Shown piece by piece: positions 18,401 through 27,724 of a stretch of 39,681 nt of DNA. Each line of letters begins with the position of its first letter. Positions within the stretch are counted from its first letter, which is position 1. The stretch is taken from NCBI GenBank assembly GCA_040220235.1, contig JAVJTO010000007.1; one strand, given 5' to 3'. A model generated the notes under the pieces. The model ran no database searches. It saw only the letters and a program-made list of their open reading frames with translations, and had not been told where the DNA came from. The position numbers and the translations under genes are program-made. This DNA comes from Coleofasciculus sp. B1-GNL1-01 (GTDB lineage Bacteria > Cyanobacteriota > Cyanobacteriia > Cyanobacteriales > Coleofasciculaceae).

Positions 18401-19285
18401 CTACACCTCCACCACCTCAAACGCCTGATAAAACCCCCGCCAATTTTCCTCACCTTCCAAATTAACCCACAATTGATGCAACCGTTCCGTATCCCAAATC
18501 GGCGCAGGTTCCTCCTCATTCACATCTAACCAGGGAAACTCTAACCAGCGATTCACCACAATCCCCAGAAACTCTTCTTTTCCCAGACTATCAAACTTAA
18601 TTTTATCCTGTTCACACATCGCCCCAAGCTGAGGCACAAGAATTGTTTCTCCCGTGAGTCGATTCTTTGGCGCAAACGCGGCTGATGGACACATTACATA
18701 CTGACTCTCACCGCCGCGATTCAGTAATAATAAATGTCCCGCATCACACTCTAAATCAATATGCATCATCGAGGGAATATTTACCCCAATCACAGGTTGT
18801 TCTCGCGTCTTCCCCACAGGAACCACTAATTTTTTATCCCCCGGATTAACCGGAGTAAATCGAATCCAATCTGCTGGAGAATTCGCCTGCTTCACCAACC
18901 CCTGCCAAATCCAATCCAATTGCCATCGCGGGAACTTATCCTCCCACAACCACTGATAAACCACCTCCCACGCGCCCTTTTTACCCCGTTGTCGCTGAAT
19001 TAACGGCGCTGTATTCACGCCATCCTTTGCCATTTCCTCACCACACACCTCCACCAGCCGCCGAATTACATTTTGTACGGTTGTATTAATTGAGGTTTGA
19101 CAATTAACCCCCTGTAACGGTTCTGTCTGACTCATTTGTTTAGCGATTTCCAGATGAGACGGCTGAGACTCGCGACGCTGAAACCGCAGCGGAAAGAAGA
19201 TGTGTTCTCTGAGATGTTTATCGGTAAAATTTTGTGGAAACAACTGCTGGTTGATATCGTCCAGAAAGTTTTGATTGTAATTCAT
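18401..19285 (-). CDS. Hypothetical protein: N-terminal HTH-like region and C-terminal DUF4384-like domain
   Basis: 294-aa ORF; SHLEIAKQM...INTTVQNVIRRL; HLLLLNRG..YVMCPSAAFAP...GKEEFLGIV. Domain calls are inference. Confidence 0.7.
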   Translation of the reverse strand: MNYNQNFLDDINQQLFPQNFTDKHLREHIFFPLRFQRRESQPSHLEIAKQMSQTEPLQGVNCQTSINTTVQNVIRRLVEVCGEEMAKDGVNTAPLIQRQRGKKGAWEVVYQWLWEDKFPRWQLDWIWQGLVKQANSPADWIRFTPVNPGDKKLVVPVGKTREQPVIGVNIPSMMHIDLECDAGHLLLLNRGGESQYVMCPSAAFAPKNRLTGETILVPQLGAMCEQDKIKFDSLGKEEFLGIVVNRWLEFPWLDVNEEEPAPIWDTERLHQLWVNLEGEENWRGFYQAFEVVEV

Positions 19286-19544
19286 ATTGTTAACCCTAAG
19301 TTTTCGATATTTTAACCCTCATCCTCTCTATCCCCCTACCGTCTTCTTTCAGCGCCTAACTTTTTAGGAGAAGTCTAGAAACCTGAATCGGGGCGGGTTT
19401 AGCCACATCTGGATGCAACCCAAAAGATAGTAGTGAAACCCGCCCCTACACAATCTCTCACTCAAAACCAGGTTTCCTTGAACGAAGCAAAGGGTCAAAA
19501 CTTACCTCCTTTCCTTGTGTCACATACCGTGAAAAGTTAGCTAC

Positions 19545-19643
19545 TTGCTCCCTTTTTGTTTCCCTCTTGCTCCCCTCTTGCTCCCCTCTTGCTCCCCTCT
19601 TGCTCCCCTCTCCCAAGCTTGGGAGAGGGGCTGAGGGTGAGGG
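19545..19643. repeat. 11-bp tandem repeat (ttgctcccctc) running into a CCCCTCTCCCAAGCTTGGGAGAGGGG hairpin
   Basis: Directly visible. Confidence 0.85.
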
Positions 19644-19936
19644 CTGGCTTAACTTAACCTAGATAGCAAGCCTTGCGCCCCTCCATTTAACGTAGCAAAA
19701 CCGATGTAAATTGTCAGTAGAAATACCCTAAAAAATAAAAGCTACTATTTTCAGCTATTTCCGATTATTTCCCTCTATTTATAAACCATTTACACCTATT
19801 TGCAGACAATTAACTGCAAATTATCACCACACCAATCAATCAAATAACTTTTTCTAACTACCTACTTCCAGTTTTCAATCTATTTTTCCCGTCGCCACAC
19901 TAGACCTCATAACCCCAAAATTAACGAGGTCAAGCC

Positions 19937-20239
19937 ATGAAATCCCCAACATCAAAAACCTGGAAAAAGAAACTCTGGCTATTAGCCGAATTCCTAATTC
20001 CTAATCTCATCGGCTGGTTGTTCAAATCCAACCTGGAACCCGGCGTCAGTCTTTGCTTTCTACTGTGGAATTGGCTCATGGATGAAGAGACACCATCCGA
20101 TGAACGCCAACGCCGCAAATCCTGGCTCACGTTCTTAATTCTTTCGGGTATGGTGTTAGCCATATCCTTCAGCCAACCCTCACCCCCCGTTGATTGGCAG
20201 ACACCTGTCACTTTCCCGTCTCGCCAATCAACCCTATAA
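19937..20239 (+). CDS. Small hypothetical membrane protein
   Basis: gaggt RBS before the ATG, hydrophobic segments, AT-rich upstream region; the stop codon TAA is the first 3 nt of the MITE. Confidence 0.55.
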   Translation: MKSPTSKTWKKKLWLLAEFLIPNLIGWLFKSNLEPGVSLCFLLWNWLMDEETPSDERQRRKSWLTFLILSGMVLAISFSQPSPPVDWQTPVTFPSRQSTL

Positions 20240-20339
20240 GCTGTTCGGCATTTAAACCTTAATGTCAATAATGGTGAAATCCTTGTAGTGCGAGCATCTT
20301 GCTCGCTACTAATACCCAATTTAAATGCATGACAGCTTA
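20237..20339 (+). mobile_element. 103-bp MITE carrying a RAYT-type REP (20285..20309)
   Basis: Terminal inverted repeats taagctgt-tcg-gcatttaaa / tttaaatgc-atg-acagctta. Confidence 0.85.
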
Positions 20340-20573
20340 GACAGATTCCAGGAAATGTCTCTACCCTAATCCTGACCCATCAGACAAATAACAATCATTA
20401 AACCAATCCCTGATAGGCAAACCCTGATCCATCTACAAGAATTTCCCTATTATTGACAATAACGTTTAATTGATAAGGTGGGCAATGCCCACCCTACATG
20501 GAACTGTGCGTAAGTCCTATTACCGTTATTGTTGGTTTATCGTACCCCGAAAAACAATAAACGGATCAAATCC

Positions 20574-21023
20574 TTACTCGTAAATCCAAGGATTGATGGT
20601 TGGTTGCCAGCTTACCAGTTCTTCATCCTTAAACCAGAGTTTAATTTCCTCTTTAGCCGTATCTGCTCCATCGGAACCATGAATCAGATTGCGACCAACG
20701 GTAACGCCAAAATCACCCCGAATCGTTCCCGGTTCAGCGCTGAGGGGATTGGTTGCACCAATGATTTTCCGGGCGGAGGCGATAATTCCCTCCCCTTCCC
20801 AAACCATTGCCACAACGGGACCAGAGGTGATAAATTCAATCAGTCCAGCAAAAAACCCCTTGTCTTTGTGAACCGCATAATGTTGTTCAGCCAGTTCCCG
20901 GCTAACACTCATCAGCTTAAGTCCCACCAGGGTAAAGCCTTTTGTTTCCAGCCGTTGGATAATTTCACCCACCAGATTACGCTGAACGCCATCTGGCTTA
21001 ATCATCAAAAATGTCCGCTCCAA
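20574..21023 (-). CDS. ndk: Nucleoside diphosphate kinase
   Basis: [34 protein letters not shown] start at 21023 with a gaggag RBS gives the typical 149-aa length. Confidence 0.98.
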   Translation of the reverse strand: MERTFLMIKPDGVQRNLVGEIIQRLETKGFTLVGLKLMSVSRELAEQHYAVHKDKGFFAGLIEFITSGPVVAMVWEGEGIIASARKIIGATNPLSAEPGTIRGDFGVTVGRNLIHGSDGADTAKEEIKLWFKDEELVSWQPTINPWIYE

Positions 21024-21250
21024 GTTTCTCTCCTCAACATTTTTTACAAATTGCCAAACCCAGATTAGACCATATTCGTGTCCATTGCCCAATATAGCGC
21101 TACGCGCTAGGCAATGGGCAATAGGCAATGGGCAACAGGACTCAAGGTATAAAGGGGGTTACAAAGGTAGATTTGGTATCATGTTTTAGCAAGGCGAGAG
21201 ACGTTCCATGGAACGTCTCTACAAATTCCGATATGGTATTACCCGTTTGT

Positions 21251-22330
21251 TTACTTGGTCTTGGTTTGCCCTTTAGCCTGTTCTAAGGCAATTTCTTTCA
21301 GCGCCTGATAAGAATTGGAATTTGAGGTTCCTTCAATTGCCTTAACTGCTAAATCCTGCACCTGTTTCAGCGCCGCATCCAGTTGTTTGGAGAGATTTTC
21401 AATGCGGGATTCCTGGTTTTCAATGGTTTCTTGCAGCGATTCAATTCGTAGGTTATAGAAGCGCTTTTGTCCGTCGATTTCTAACTGTTGTAAATCTGCC
21501 TTAACTTTAACTTGATTATTCGCGATCGCCTTTCCTTGTTCTTTGGCTTTCTTCACCGCCGCTTCCTTCTCTTGGTCAAAGGCGTCTACCTTAGATTTTA
21601 ACTCATCAAACGTCTTCTCCTGTTGGGCGATCGCCTTTTCTCGTTCCTCCCATTGCTGTTGTTGCGCTTGATGGGCTTCTTCTAGTTCTTTGTACAGGGT
21701 TTTCTGCTGCTGATCATAAGTATCCTGATCTAAATTACGACGTAATTCTAAATCATACTTATACTCTTGTTCGTCCCGTTTCCGACTCTTTTCATAGTCT
21801 TCATTCCGTTCTTTAATCGCCTGTTGATGTTCAGTTTGCTCTTTTTGCCAAGCTTGGCGCAAGTCCTGGATTTCTTGCTCGCACGCTTCTCGCTGTTGAC
21901 TCAGTTCGGCTTCAAAGGCTTTGGAGTTTTCTTCGTAAGTTTCAATTAACTCATCCAGCGTATCTTCTTCAATGTCGTCTAAATCATATAAGGCTTCAAG
22001 CTGTTGGGTTTCTTCGGCAACCGCTTGGCGCAATTCTTGTAAACTTGCCGCTTCAGTTGTGAGTTTTTCCGATAACTCACTCACCGCACCCCCAAATCCA
22101 ACTTGCAACTCAACCAAACAATCCATTGTTGCTGTCATTTTATCAGAAGCGGCAGACAGCTTTTTACTTACAATTCCGGATTGCTGACCATTTTTGGATG
22201 CGCCGTTATTTTTGACCTCTTTCTGAAGTTGTTTTAGTTTACCTTCTAACTCTTTCCGCTCTTTCCATAATTCTTCATAGGATTCGAGGATTTCAGCTTT
22301 GGTATTTTTGCTATTGGGTTTGCTTGCCAT
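21251..22330 (-). CDS. Coiled-coil-rich protein B (paralogue of 22493..23491)
   Basis: E/Q/K-rich helical sequence; start MASKPNSK with gaggt RBS. The longer track start runs through a REP. Confidence 0.88.
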   Translation of the reverse strand: MASKPNSKNTKAEILESYEELWKERKELEGKLKQLQKEVKNNGASKNGQQSGIVSKKLSAASDKMTATMDCLVELQVGFGGAVSELSEKLTTEAASLQELRQAVAEETQQLEALYDLDDIEEDTLDELIETYEENSKAFEAELSQQREACEQEIQDLRQAWQKEQTEHQQAIKERNEDYEKSRKRDEQEYKYDLELRRNLDQDTYDQQQKTLYKELEEAHQAQQQQWEEREKAIAQQEKTFDELKSKVDAFDQEKEAAVKKAKEQGKAIANNQVKVKADLQQLEIDGQKRFYNLRIESLQETIENQESRIENLSKQLDAALKQVQDLAVKAIEGTSNSNSYQALKEIALEQAKGQTKTK

Positions 22331-22492
22331 AATTCTTACCTCGTATATTCTGAATCGTGATGGATAATCGTTGCTCTTTGCTGAGAAATGGTCAAATGCC
22401 ATTCGTGTTAACGGTTGGGTCAGGGCGGGTTTAGTTACCTTATCGGTTTTGTCCAAAACGTTATCGGTAAAACCCGCCCCTACAGAACGGAT

Positions 22493-23491
22493 CTAGGCTT
22501 TAGTTTTTTGTTCATTATTATTTGTAGAACTATCAAAGGCTCTCATTGCCAACGCCTGAGACTGCTTGAGGCTATCCTGCAACTGAGCATAGAGTTGATT
22601 AATTTGTTCAGTCTGCTTTTGAATTGTTTCTTCCAGCGACTGAACTTTGAACTCGTAACTTTGCTTGCTGGCTTCCCATTCTTTATCCAGTAACTCGGCT
22701 TTAACTTTAGCGTCTTGGTGAACGTCTTTAATCGCCTCTTCCCTAGCTTTTTTTACCGATTCCTCTAAGTCTTTGGGGAAGTTATCAACTTTTTGTTGAT
22801 AGTCTTTAAATAGAGGCTGACGCTCTTGCAGGATTTTTTCCCGTTCCGACCAATGTTTTTCTTTTTCTTGGTTGGCTTCGTGCAGTTCTCGTTCTTGGTT
22901 ACGTTTTAAGGTTTCATATTCATCAGCTTCAATTTTGCGCTGACGTTCTAGTTGATAAGTATAGTCAGATTCTTGCTGTTGTCGCTCTTTGGCTAAGGAT
23001 TCAGCTTCTTCCTGAACCTTCTGCTCAAATTCCGCCTGTTCTTTTAACCAGGATTTGTGCTTATCCGCTTTATCTTTCTCAATTGACTGACGCTGTTCTG
23101 TAGTGGTTTGTTCAAGACGTTTCAGGTTTTCCTGGTGTTCTTGGGTGAGAATATGCAAAGCATCAGCGACGACGCGAATTTGTTGCAAGTATTGTAATTG
23201 CTGCGTTTCTACCTGAATGGCTAACTTGAGTTGATCCCCTTTTTCCGATTCGCTGGTTAATTTTTCCGAGAGTTGATTAATAATTGTGCCAAAGTCTAAT
23301 TGTAAATCCGCTAATCCTTTGACAATACTATCAACGGTGTAGGTTGAGGCGACGTCTAGAACCTGTTGATTTTTCTGTTTTTCAGCTTCTTCTTCCTTCG
23401 TGGCGATTTTGGAGTCAATGGTTTTGCGTTGGTTCAGGATTTGCTCAAAGGCTTTAAAAATTTGGTCTTTGCTGTCTTTAGTTGCAACCAC
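22493..23491 (-). CDS. Coiled-coil-rich protein A
   Basis: GTG start after aaggag RBS; ATKEEEAEK, YTVDSIVKGLADLQLDFG; long coiled coil. Confidence 0.88.
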   Translation of the reverse strand: MVATKDSKDQIFKAFEQILNQRKTIDSKIATKEEEAEKQKNQQVLDVASTYTVDSIVKGLADLQLDFGTIINQLSEKLTSESEKGDQLKLAIQVETQQLQYLQQIRVVADALHILTQEHQENLKRLEQTTTEQRQSIEKDKADKHKSWLKEQAEFEQKVQEEAESLAKERQQQESDYTYQLERQRKIEADEYETLKRNQERELHEANQEKEKHWSEREKILQERQPLFKDYQQKVDNFPKDLEESVKKAREEAIKDVHQDAKVKAELLDKEWEASKQSYEFKVQSLEETIQKQTEQINQLYAQLQDSLKQSQALAMRAFDSSTNNNEQKTKA

Positions 23492-23587
23492 AATTAGTCT
23501 CCTTGCTCTCAATAACGTAAATTAACTCGCGATCGCATGTTCCCTAGGTTAGCCTCTCAGGATTGGAATTGGGTGTGATCTGGGTGT

Positions 23588-23710
23588 CTAGTGCAAAGGC
23601 AGAAATAACTGAACAGCTACTATCTCCCCCATCTCCTCCAGCTCCCCCATCTCCCCCAGCTTCATAGTATCTACGAAGCTGCTCAAGTATTTCCAAGGGC
23701 GCTGCACTAG
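23588..23710. mobile_element. 123-bp MITE-like element in the leader of the coiled-coil operon
   Basis: Termini ctagtgca / tgcactag; inner imperfect inverted repeat aaataactgaacagct / agctgctcaagtattt; internal ctcccc-type short repeats. Confidence 0.65.
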
Positions 23711-23745
23711 GGCTTTTCACGGGACTCGCGATCGGCTAGCTTGTT

Positions 23746-23761
23746 TAGTACATTTGTACTA
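23746..23761. promoter_or_regulatory. Cyanobacterial LexA (SOS) box
   Basis: tAGTACatttGTACTa matches the Anabaena-type consensus RGTAC-NNN-D-GTWCB. Confidence 0.8.
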
Positions 23762-23766
23762 TAAAT

Positions 23767-23796
23767 AGTATATTCAGATTCTTCTACAACTGTCAA
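23767..23796 (-). promoter_or_regulatory. Sigma70-type promoter for the coiled-coil operon
   Basis: On the minus strand, TTGACA (23796-23791), an 18-nt spacer, then TATACT (23772-23767). Confidence 0.75.
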
Positions 23797-23900
23797 GTTG
23801 AGCAAACAGCTCTCAGACAGCGTAAATTAAAGGGATATTGAGAATTTGCCGAAATTTAGCAGATACAGCAGATTTCAGGTTGATGAGGTACAGCTTTAAG

Positions 23901-24218
23901 CTGAAGTTCCCCCAACCAAAAAATCAAAACTGCATCACCGTGCGGCTTTCCGCGATTTTTTAGACGTTCGGCGAGCGCTCAGTCGAGCCGCCGCCCTACT
24001 TATGTACAATCGCGCTCAACATTGATGTGGCGTGGGTTTCAACCGTTCTCTTGTCATATTGCAAAAATACCGCGTTGGCGGAGCCTGTTCGATAGAACGT
24101 ATCGCGGTATTTTTGCAAGGGCTACTTATGTACGATTTTTGAGGGAATTGAGCGCTCAAACTACCACGGAATAAGGCTTTAGCCTGTGTGTAGTACATCC
24201 GCACGGGGGGAACTTCAG
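23901..24218. mobile_element. About 320-bp non-autonomous element with IS1634-type ends
   Basis: 13-bp terminal inverted repeat ctgaagttccccc / gggggaacttcag; same sequence as the IS end at 39416. Confidence 0.7.
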
Positions 24219-24263
24219 GTTAGAGGGTTGTGCAGCAAGCCCTAAGTAGGTGGACACAAACAA

Positions 24264-24287
24264 GAGCGAGCGAGACGCTCACACTAC
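24264..24287 (-). repeat. RAYT-type REP, inverted copy
   Basis: gagcgagcgagacgctcacactac. Confidence 0.75.
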
Positions 24288-24341
24288 TATTTTTATCATC
24301 TTCCCCAGACGCGCCATGGCGCGTCTCTACATGGCTTCCCC

Positions 24342-25529
24342 TTATCCCAATCCCATCCCTTGCAATTCTTGACGTAACCGTTGGGCTTCCTGGGGATTGG
24401 TGACTTGATGACGGGCGATCGCCGTCTCAAATGCGGCTAAACTTTCAGGTACTCGTCCCAGTTTCAGTAACACAACCCCTAAGTTTTGGTAAGCGTCGGC
24501 ATAGTCGGGATTCAGTTGAATGGCTTTTTCATAAGCGGTTATCGCAGATTCCCACTGTCCCAAGGCTTTTAAGGTCATCCCCAGGTGATTGTATCCCACC
24601 GTAAAACTCGGATCAATCTTCACCGTGGTTTGATATGCCCGTTTCGCTGTGGTGAAATCGCCCACGCGGAATAACAAATTCCCTAAATTATTATAGGCTC
24701 CCAGTTTAAGTTGGGGCAGAATCGGTTGCTTAATCGCGTCTTGATAGTGATCTGCCGCGAGTTGGAGTTGATTCTGTTTGGTGTAAGCATTGCCTAAATG
24801 GTAATGTAATTCAAATAAGACCGAAGCGTCTACCTGTGCATCGGTGAATCCACGTTTAAGCAGGGCAATTCCCTCGCCTACTTGACCGATTTGCACATAA
24901 AGCGCCCCTAATTTACTACACAAGTATGAATCATTCGGATGATCAGCCAGGAATCCTTCCATCGCAGTCTTGGCGCGAGTGTATTTATCCAACGCCGCGA
25001 TCGCACCCGGTTGATAGCCATAGTGTAAAATGCCCACCGTAGACAGGGAAATCACCTGCCAATCGGGTTCTCGCTGCACCAATTGACTAACACTATCATC
25101 CACCAGAGAATGGTAGGGGCGAGAAAAATAGATATCGGGGTGATGGCGAAATAAACGGGATACCAGGGAATAGGGCGATTGAGTCGCACCCACTTCTTGA
25201 CGGATCAGATTAATCACCAAGTTGCGATCGTTTTGTATTGCCTGTTGGATTTCGGGGACAATTTCCGGCGTTAACACCTCATCCGCATCCAGCACCAACA
25301 CCCACTTCCCGCGCACATATTGCAGCGCATGGTTGCGGGCGGCGGAGAAGTCATTGCACCATTGAAAATGATAGACTCTTGCCCCATACTCTTGGGCAAT
25401 ATCAATCGTGCGATCGCTTGATCCGGTATCTAGGATAACCATTTCATCGACAATTGGCTGCACAGTCTCCAAGACTTGAGGTAAACTGGCTTCCTCGTTT
25501 TTCACAATCATGCATAGACTGAGATCCAT
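24342..25529 (-). CDS. Family 2 glycosyltransferase with C-terminal TPR repeats
   Basis: LSLCMIVKNEE, DTGSSD, WCNDFSAARN, LDADE, HYGY; TPRs AYNNLG, AYQNLG. Confidence 0.95.
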   Translation of the reverse strand: MDLSLCMIVKNEEASLPQVLETVQPIVDEMVILDTGSSDRTIDIAQEYGARVYHFQWCNDFSAARNHALQYVRGKWVLVLDADEVLTPEIVPEIQQAIQNDRNLVINLIRQEVGATQSPYSLVSRLFRHHPDIYFSRPYHSLVDDSVSQLVQREPDWQVISLSTVGILHYGYQPGAIAALDKYTRAKTAMEGFLADHPNDSYLCSKLGALYVQIGQVGEGIALLKRGFTDAQVDASVLFELHYHLGNAYTKQNQLQLAADHYQDAIKQPILPQLKLGAYNNLGNLLFRVGDFTTAKRAYQTTVKIDPSFTVGYNHLGMTLKALGQWESAITAYEKAIQLNPDYADAYQNLGVVLLKLGRVPESLAAFETAIARHQVTNPQEAQRLRQELQGMGLG

Positions 25530-25604
25530 CCTTAATTCCCTCTTTGGTGACAGTCAGACATGGAACAATAAGATCAGTTGATTTGCTATTCATACTAGAA
25601 AACA

Positions 25605-25853
25605 ATGCCAAAACCGACACAAGCCCACATGTCTCGCACAATCTCTAAGAGTCAACCCAGTGGTGCGAAGGATATGACTAAGCGTCAGATGGAATATTAT
25701 ATGGGAGCAAAGCTGATTGAGGTTGGGGTTAATCCAAAATCGGCGATTTATCGTTGGTCAGTGGAAGATAAAGGAAGTCGTGAAGTCTGGACATATAGCG
25801 CCTACTGGAGTGATTCTAAAGAGGAATTATTGCAGAAGGAACAGGAATCCTAG
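25605..25853 (+). CDS. Small hypothetical protein (true start may be a later ATG)
   Basis: Protein-like ORF MTKRQMEYYMGAKLIEVGVNPKSAIYRW...SAYW, divergent from the GT2 gene. Confidence 0.65.
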   Translation: MPKPTQAHMSRTISKSQPSGAKDMTKRQMEYYMGAKLIEVGVNPKSAIYRWSVEDKGSREVWTYSAYWSDSKEELLQKEQES

Positions 25854-25906
25854 AGTGTTGGTCAAGTATTCCGAGAAACCGGGTTTCTCGTAAGGATGAC
25901 AACGAC

Positions 25907-26138
25907 TAAGCTGTTCGGCATTTAAACCTTCATGTCAACAATGACGAAATCCTTGTAGTGCGTTTAGCGAAGCCATGCCGCAGGCTTTGCATCTTGCTCG
26001 CTACTAATACCCAATTTATAGCGCTTCGCGCTGGTCTAGTTACACTTTGTTTGTACGAACATCCCATCTGGACACAGTTTCAGGTACGGGAGTTGTAAAT
26101 ACTCGCCTAGCGATTTGCTATAAATGCATTACAGCTTA
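25907..26138 (+). mobile_element. Copy of the 103-bp REP-MITE with two nested insertions (25963..25988 and 26019..26120)
   Basis: Aligns end to end with 20237..20339 once both inserts are removed; the second insert is flanked by a TA duplication. Confidence 0.85.
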
Positions 26139-26318
26139 TCAAGCTTTCACCCAAAGAAACCCAGTTTCTTGACCGATGACTTAGAGCGCCGGTCCAGTAA
26201 TCACGATGGGGGTAAAGCATGAGAAAATGGGTTGACACAACAGTTGTCAGAGGTCTGATTAGATGAAGTTTTATAAAGAATTTCTCATTCTCATTTAAGT
26301 CAAGCAGGAAGAAAACCA

Positions 26319-26914
26319 ATGCATCCACCACTGTGGCATCCGCCGATAGAATTGTCCGCCGCAGAACAAGTTATTGTTTCCCGTATCCGTCGCGCCAAAC
26401 TATTTATCTTTTTACGCCTAATACGCCACCGTAGAAGCTGTAGAGTCTTGGTTAGCTCAACTTCCCCAAGATGATATGAATCAAACAGCCAAGAAAACTC
26501 TTGGCATCGCACGCCAGATAGAAGCGCAAGATGTGGAAGTAGATGCTGAGGGTTCACCTGTACTGCGTCGTGGGGTGGCTAAAGATAGACGCATCAGTAT
26601 TGAAGGGTGTTTTAGTAAAAATGCTTTTGTTCTAGATTGGCAAGAGCAAACTCTTACTTGTCCCAATCAAATCAGCGTACCACTCAAACTGGGCAAAACT
26701 TTACATTTCCCAGCATCCGATTGTGGTGTTTGTCCTTTGCGAGAGCGTTGTACTACCAATCAACGAGGTCGTAGTGTCCAGATTCATCCGGATGAACCCT
26801 TGCTGTTTGAGTTACGAAGACGCCAATTAACTTCTTTGGGACGAGCTAAGAATCGAGAGCGCACAGCAGTTGAACATTCCTTGGCACATCTGGGACCATG
26901 GCTTGGCAATCGCG
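26319..26914 (+). pseudogene. Internally deleted IS1182-like transposase remnant
   Basis: MHPPLWHPPIELSAAEQVIVSRIRRAKLFIFLR, then a frame change to RRGVAKDRRISIE | FSKNAF..LTCPNQ..CGVCPLRERCTT..GRSV..AVEHSLAHL. Confidence 0.8.
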
Positions 26915-27043
26915 GGCGTTGACCAACTGCGGGAATTAGCCAGGGTATTAGTCAGCCGCATTCGTAAAAATGCCTCCATCGACTGGAATCTCAAAGAAAG
27001 TGCCAGAGCCAGAATGAAAGTGATGGTCAACCTACTTATATAA
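26915..27043 (+). pseudogene. Fragment of a type I restriction endonuclease HsdR C-terminus (DUF3387-like)
   Basis: Manual translation GVDQLRELARVLVSRIRKNASIDWNLKESARARMKVMV; not in the ORF track. Confidence 0.7.
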
Positions 27044-27490
27044 CCCGCCCCTCAACCGTGTAATACAAAAATCTCCATTTTTGGTCTATCTGTCTTACAG
27101 CGACTCTCCGTAGAAATCACCGAGAGAAAAACTTCACAACCCTTGTGTTGTCTATATTACGTCTATTGCAGACTATAGCGATATATTTTAATATATCACA
27201 AACTGTTGTGTATTAACATTGAAAGTGTAATACTAAAACTATCTAATTCTGCCGACAAATTCATAAACTAGCTAATCTAAAGAAAGGAATTATAGCAGAT
27301 AAATAAAATTATTAACATTTTATTAATAAAAATTTTTATTTTACCAGTGTTTGCTTAAATATACTTTGAGTTATTTTCACAATTCCGTCTTCTGCCTGAA
27401 GGTAGAGGCTATCTCCCCAAAGCAACAACTATTGTTAGTTCTTAATGGTTTTCCGCCATTTTCCGGTAAATCAGCCTTGTTTCGGCAAAA

Positions 27491-27537
27491 ACACTATATA
27501 TAGTGTTTTTTACACTTAAACTGCCTACATCTATTGC
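27491..27537. promoter_or_regulatory. Tandem NrdR-box-like operators
   Basis: ACACTATATATAGTGT at 27491..27506 (inside the perfect 24-bp palindrome 27487..27510) and tgcCTACATCTATtgc at 27522..27537; starts are 31 bp apart. Confidence 0.65.
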
Positions 27538-27724
27538 TTTTGCTGCTTATCTTGCCTAAGGATTCAAGTCAAAATGAGTCATTTTATATAAAAAAGCGGT
27601 AAACTAATTCTTCCAGTTTTTTAAAGAAATGATGAAGTTTGGAAAAAAATATACAAAGAGGTTGCACAAGTTAAAACTTATTCGTTAATATGCTATTCAG
27701 AACGAAAAAACCAGGGAAACTTGC

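Noticed and set aside
19930..20319. Minus-strand 129-aa ORF
   Set aside because: It begins inside the REP-MITE and overlaps the better-supported plus-strand ORF that has an RBS.
21024..21128. 35-aa N-terminal extension of Ndk in the ORF track
   Set aside because: It reads through heptamer and MITE-end sequence; the RBS plus TTG at 21023 gives the canonical protein.
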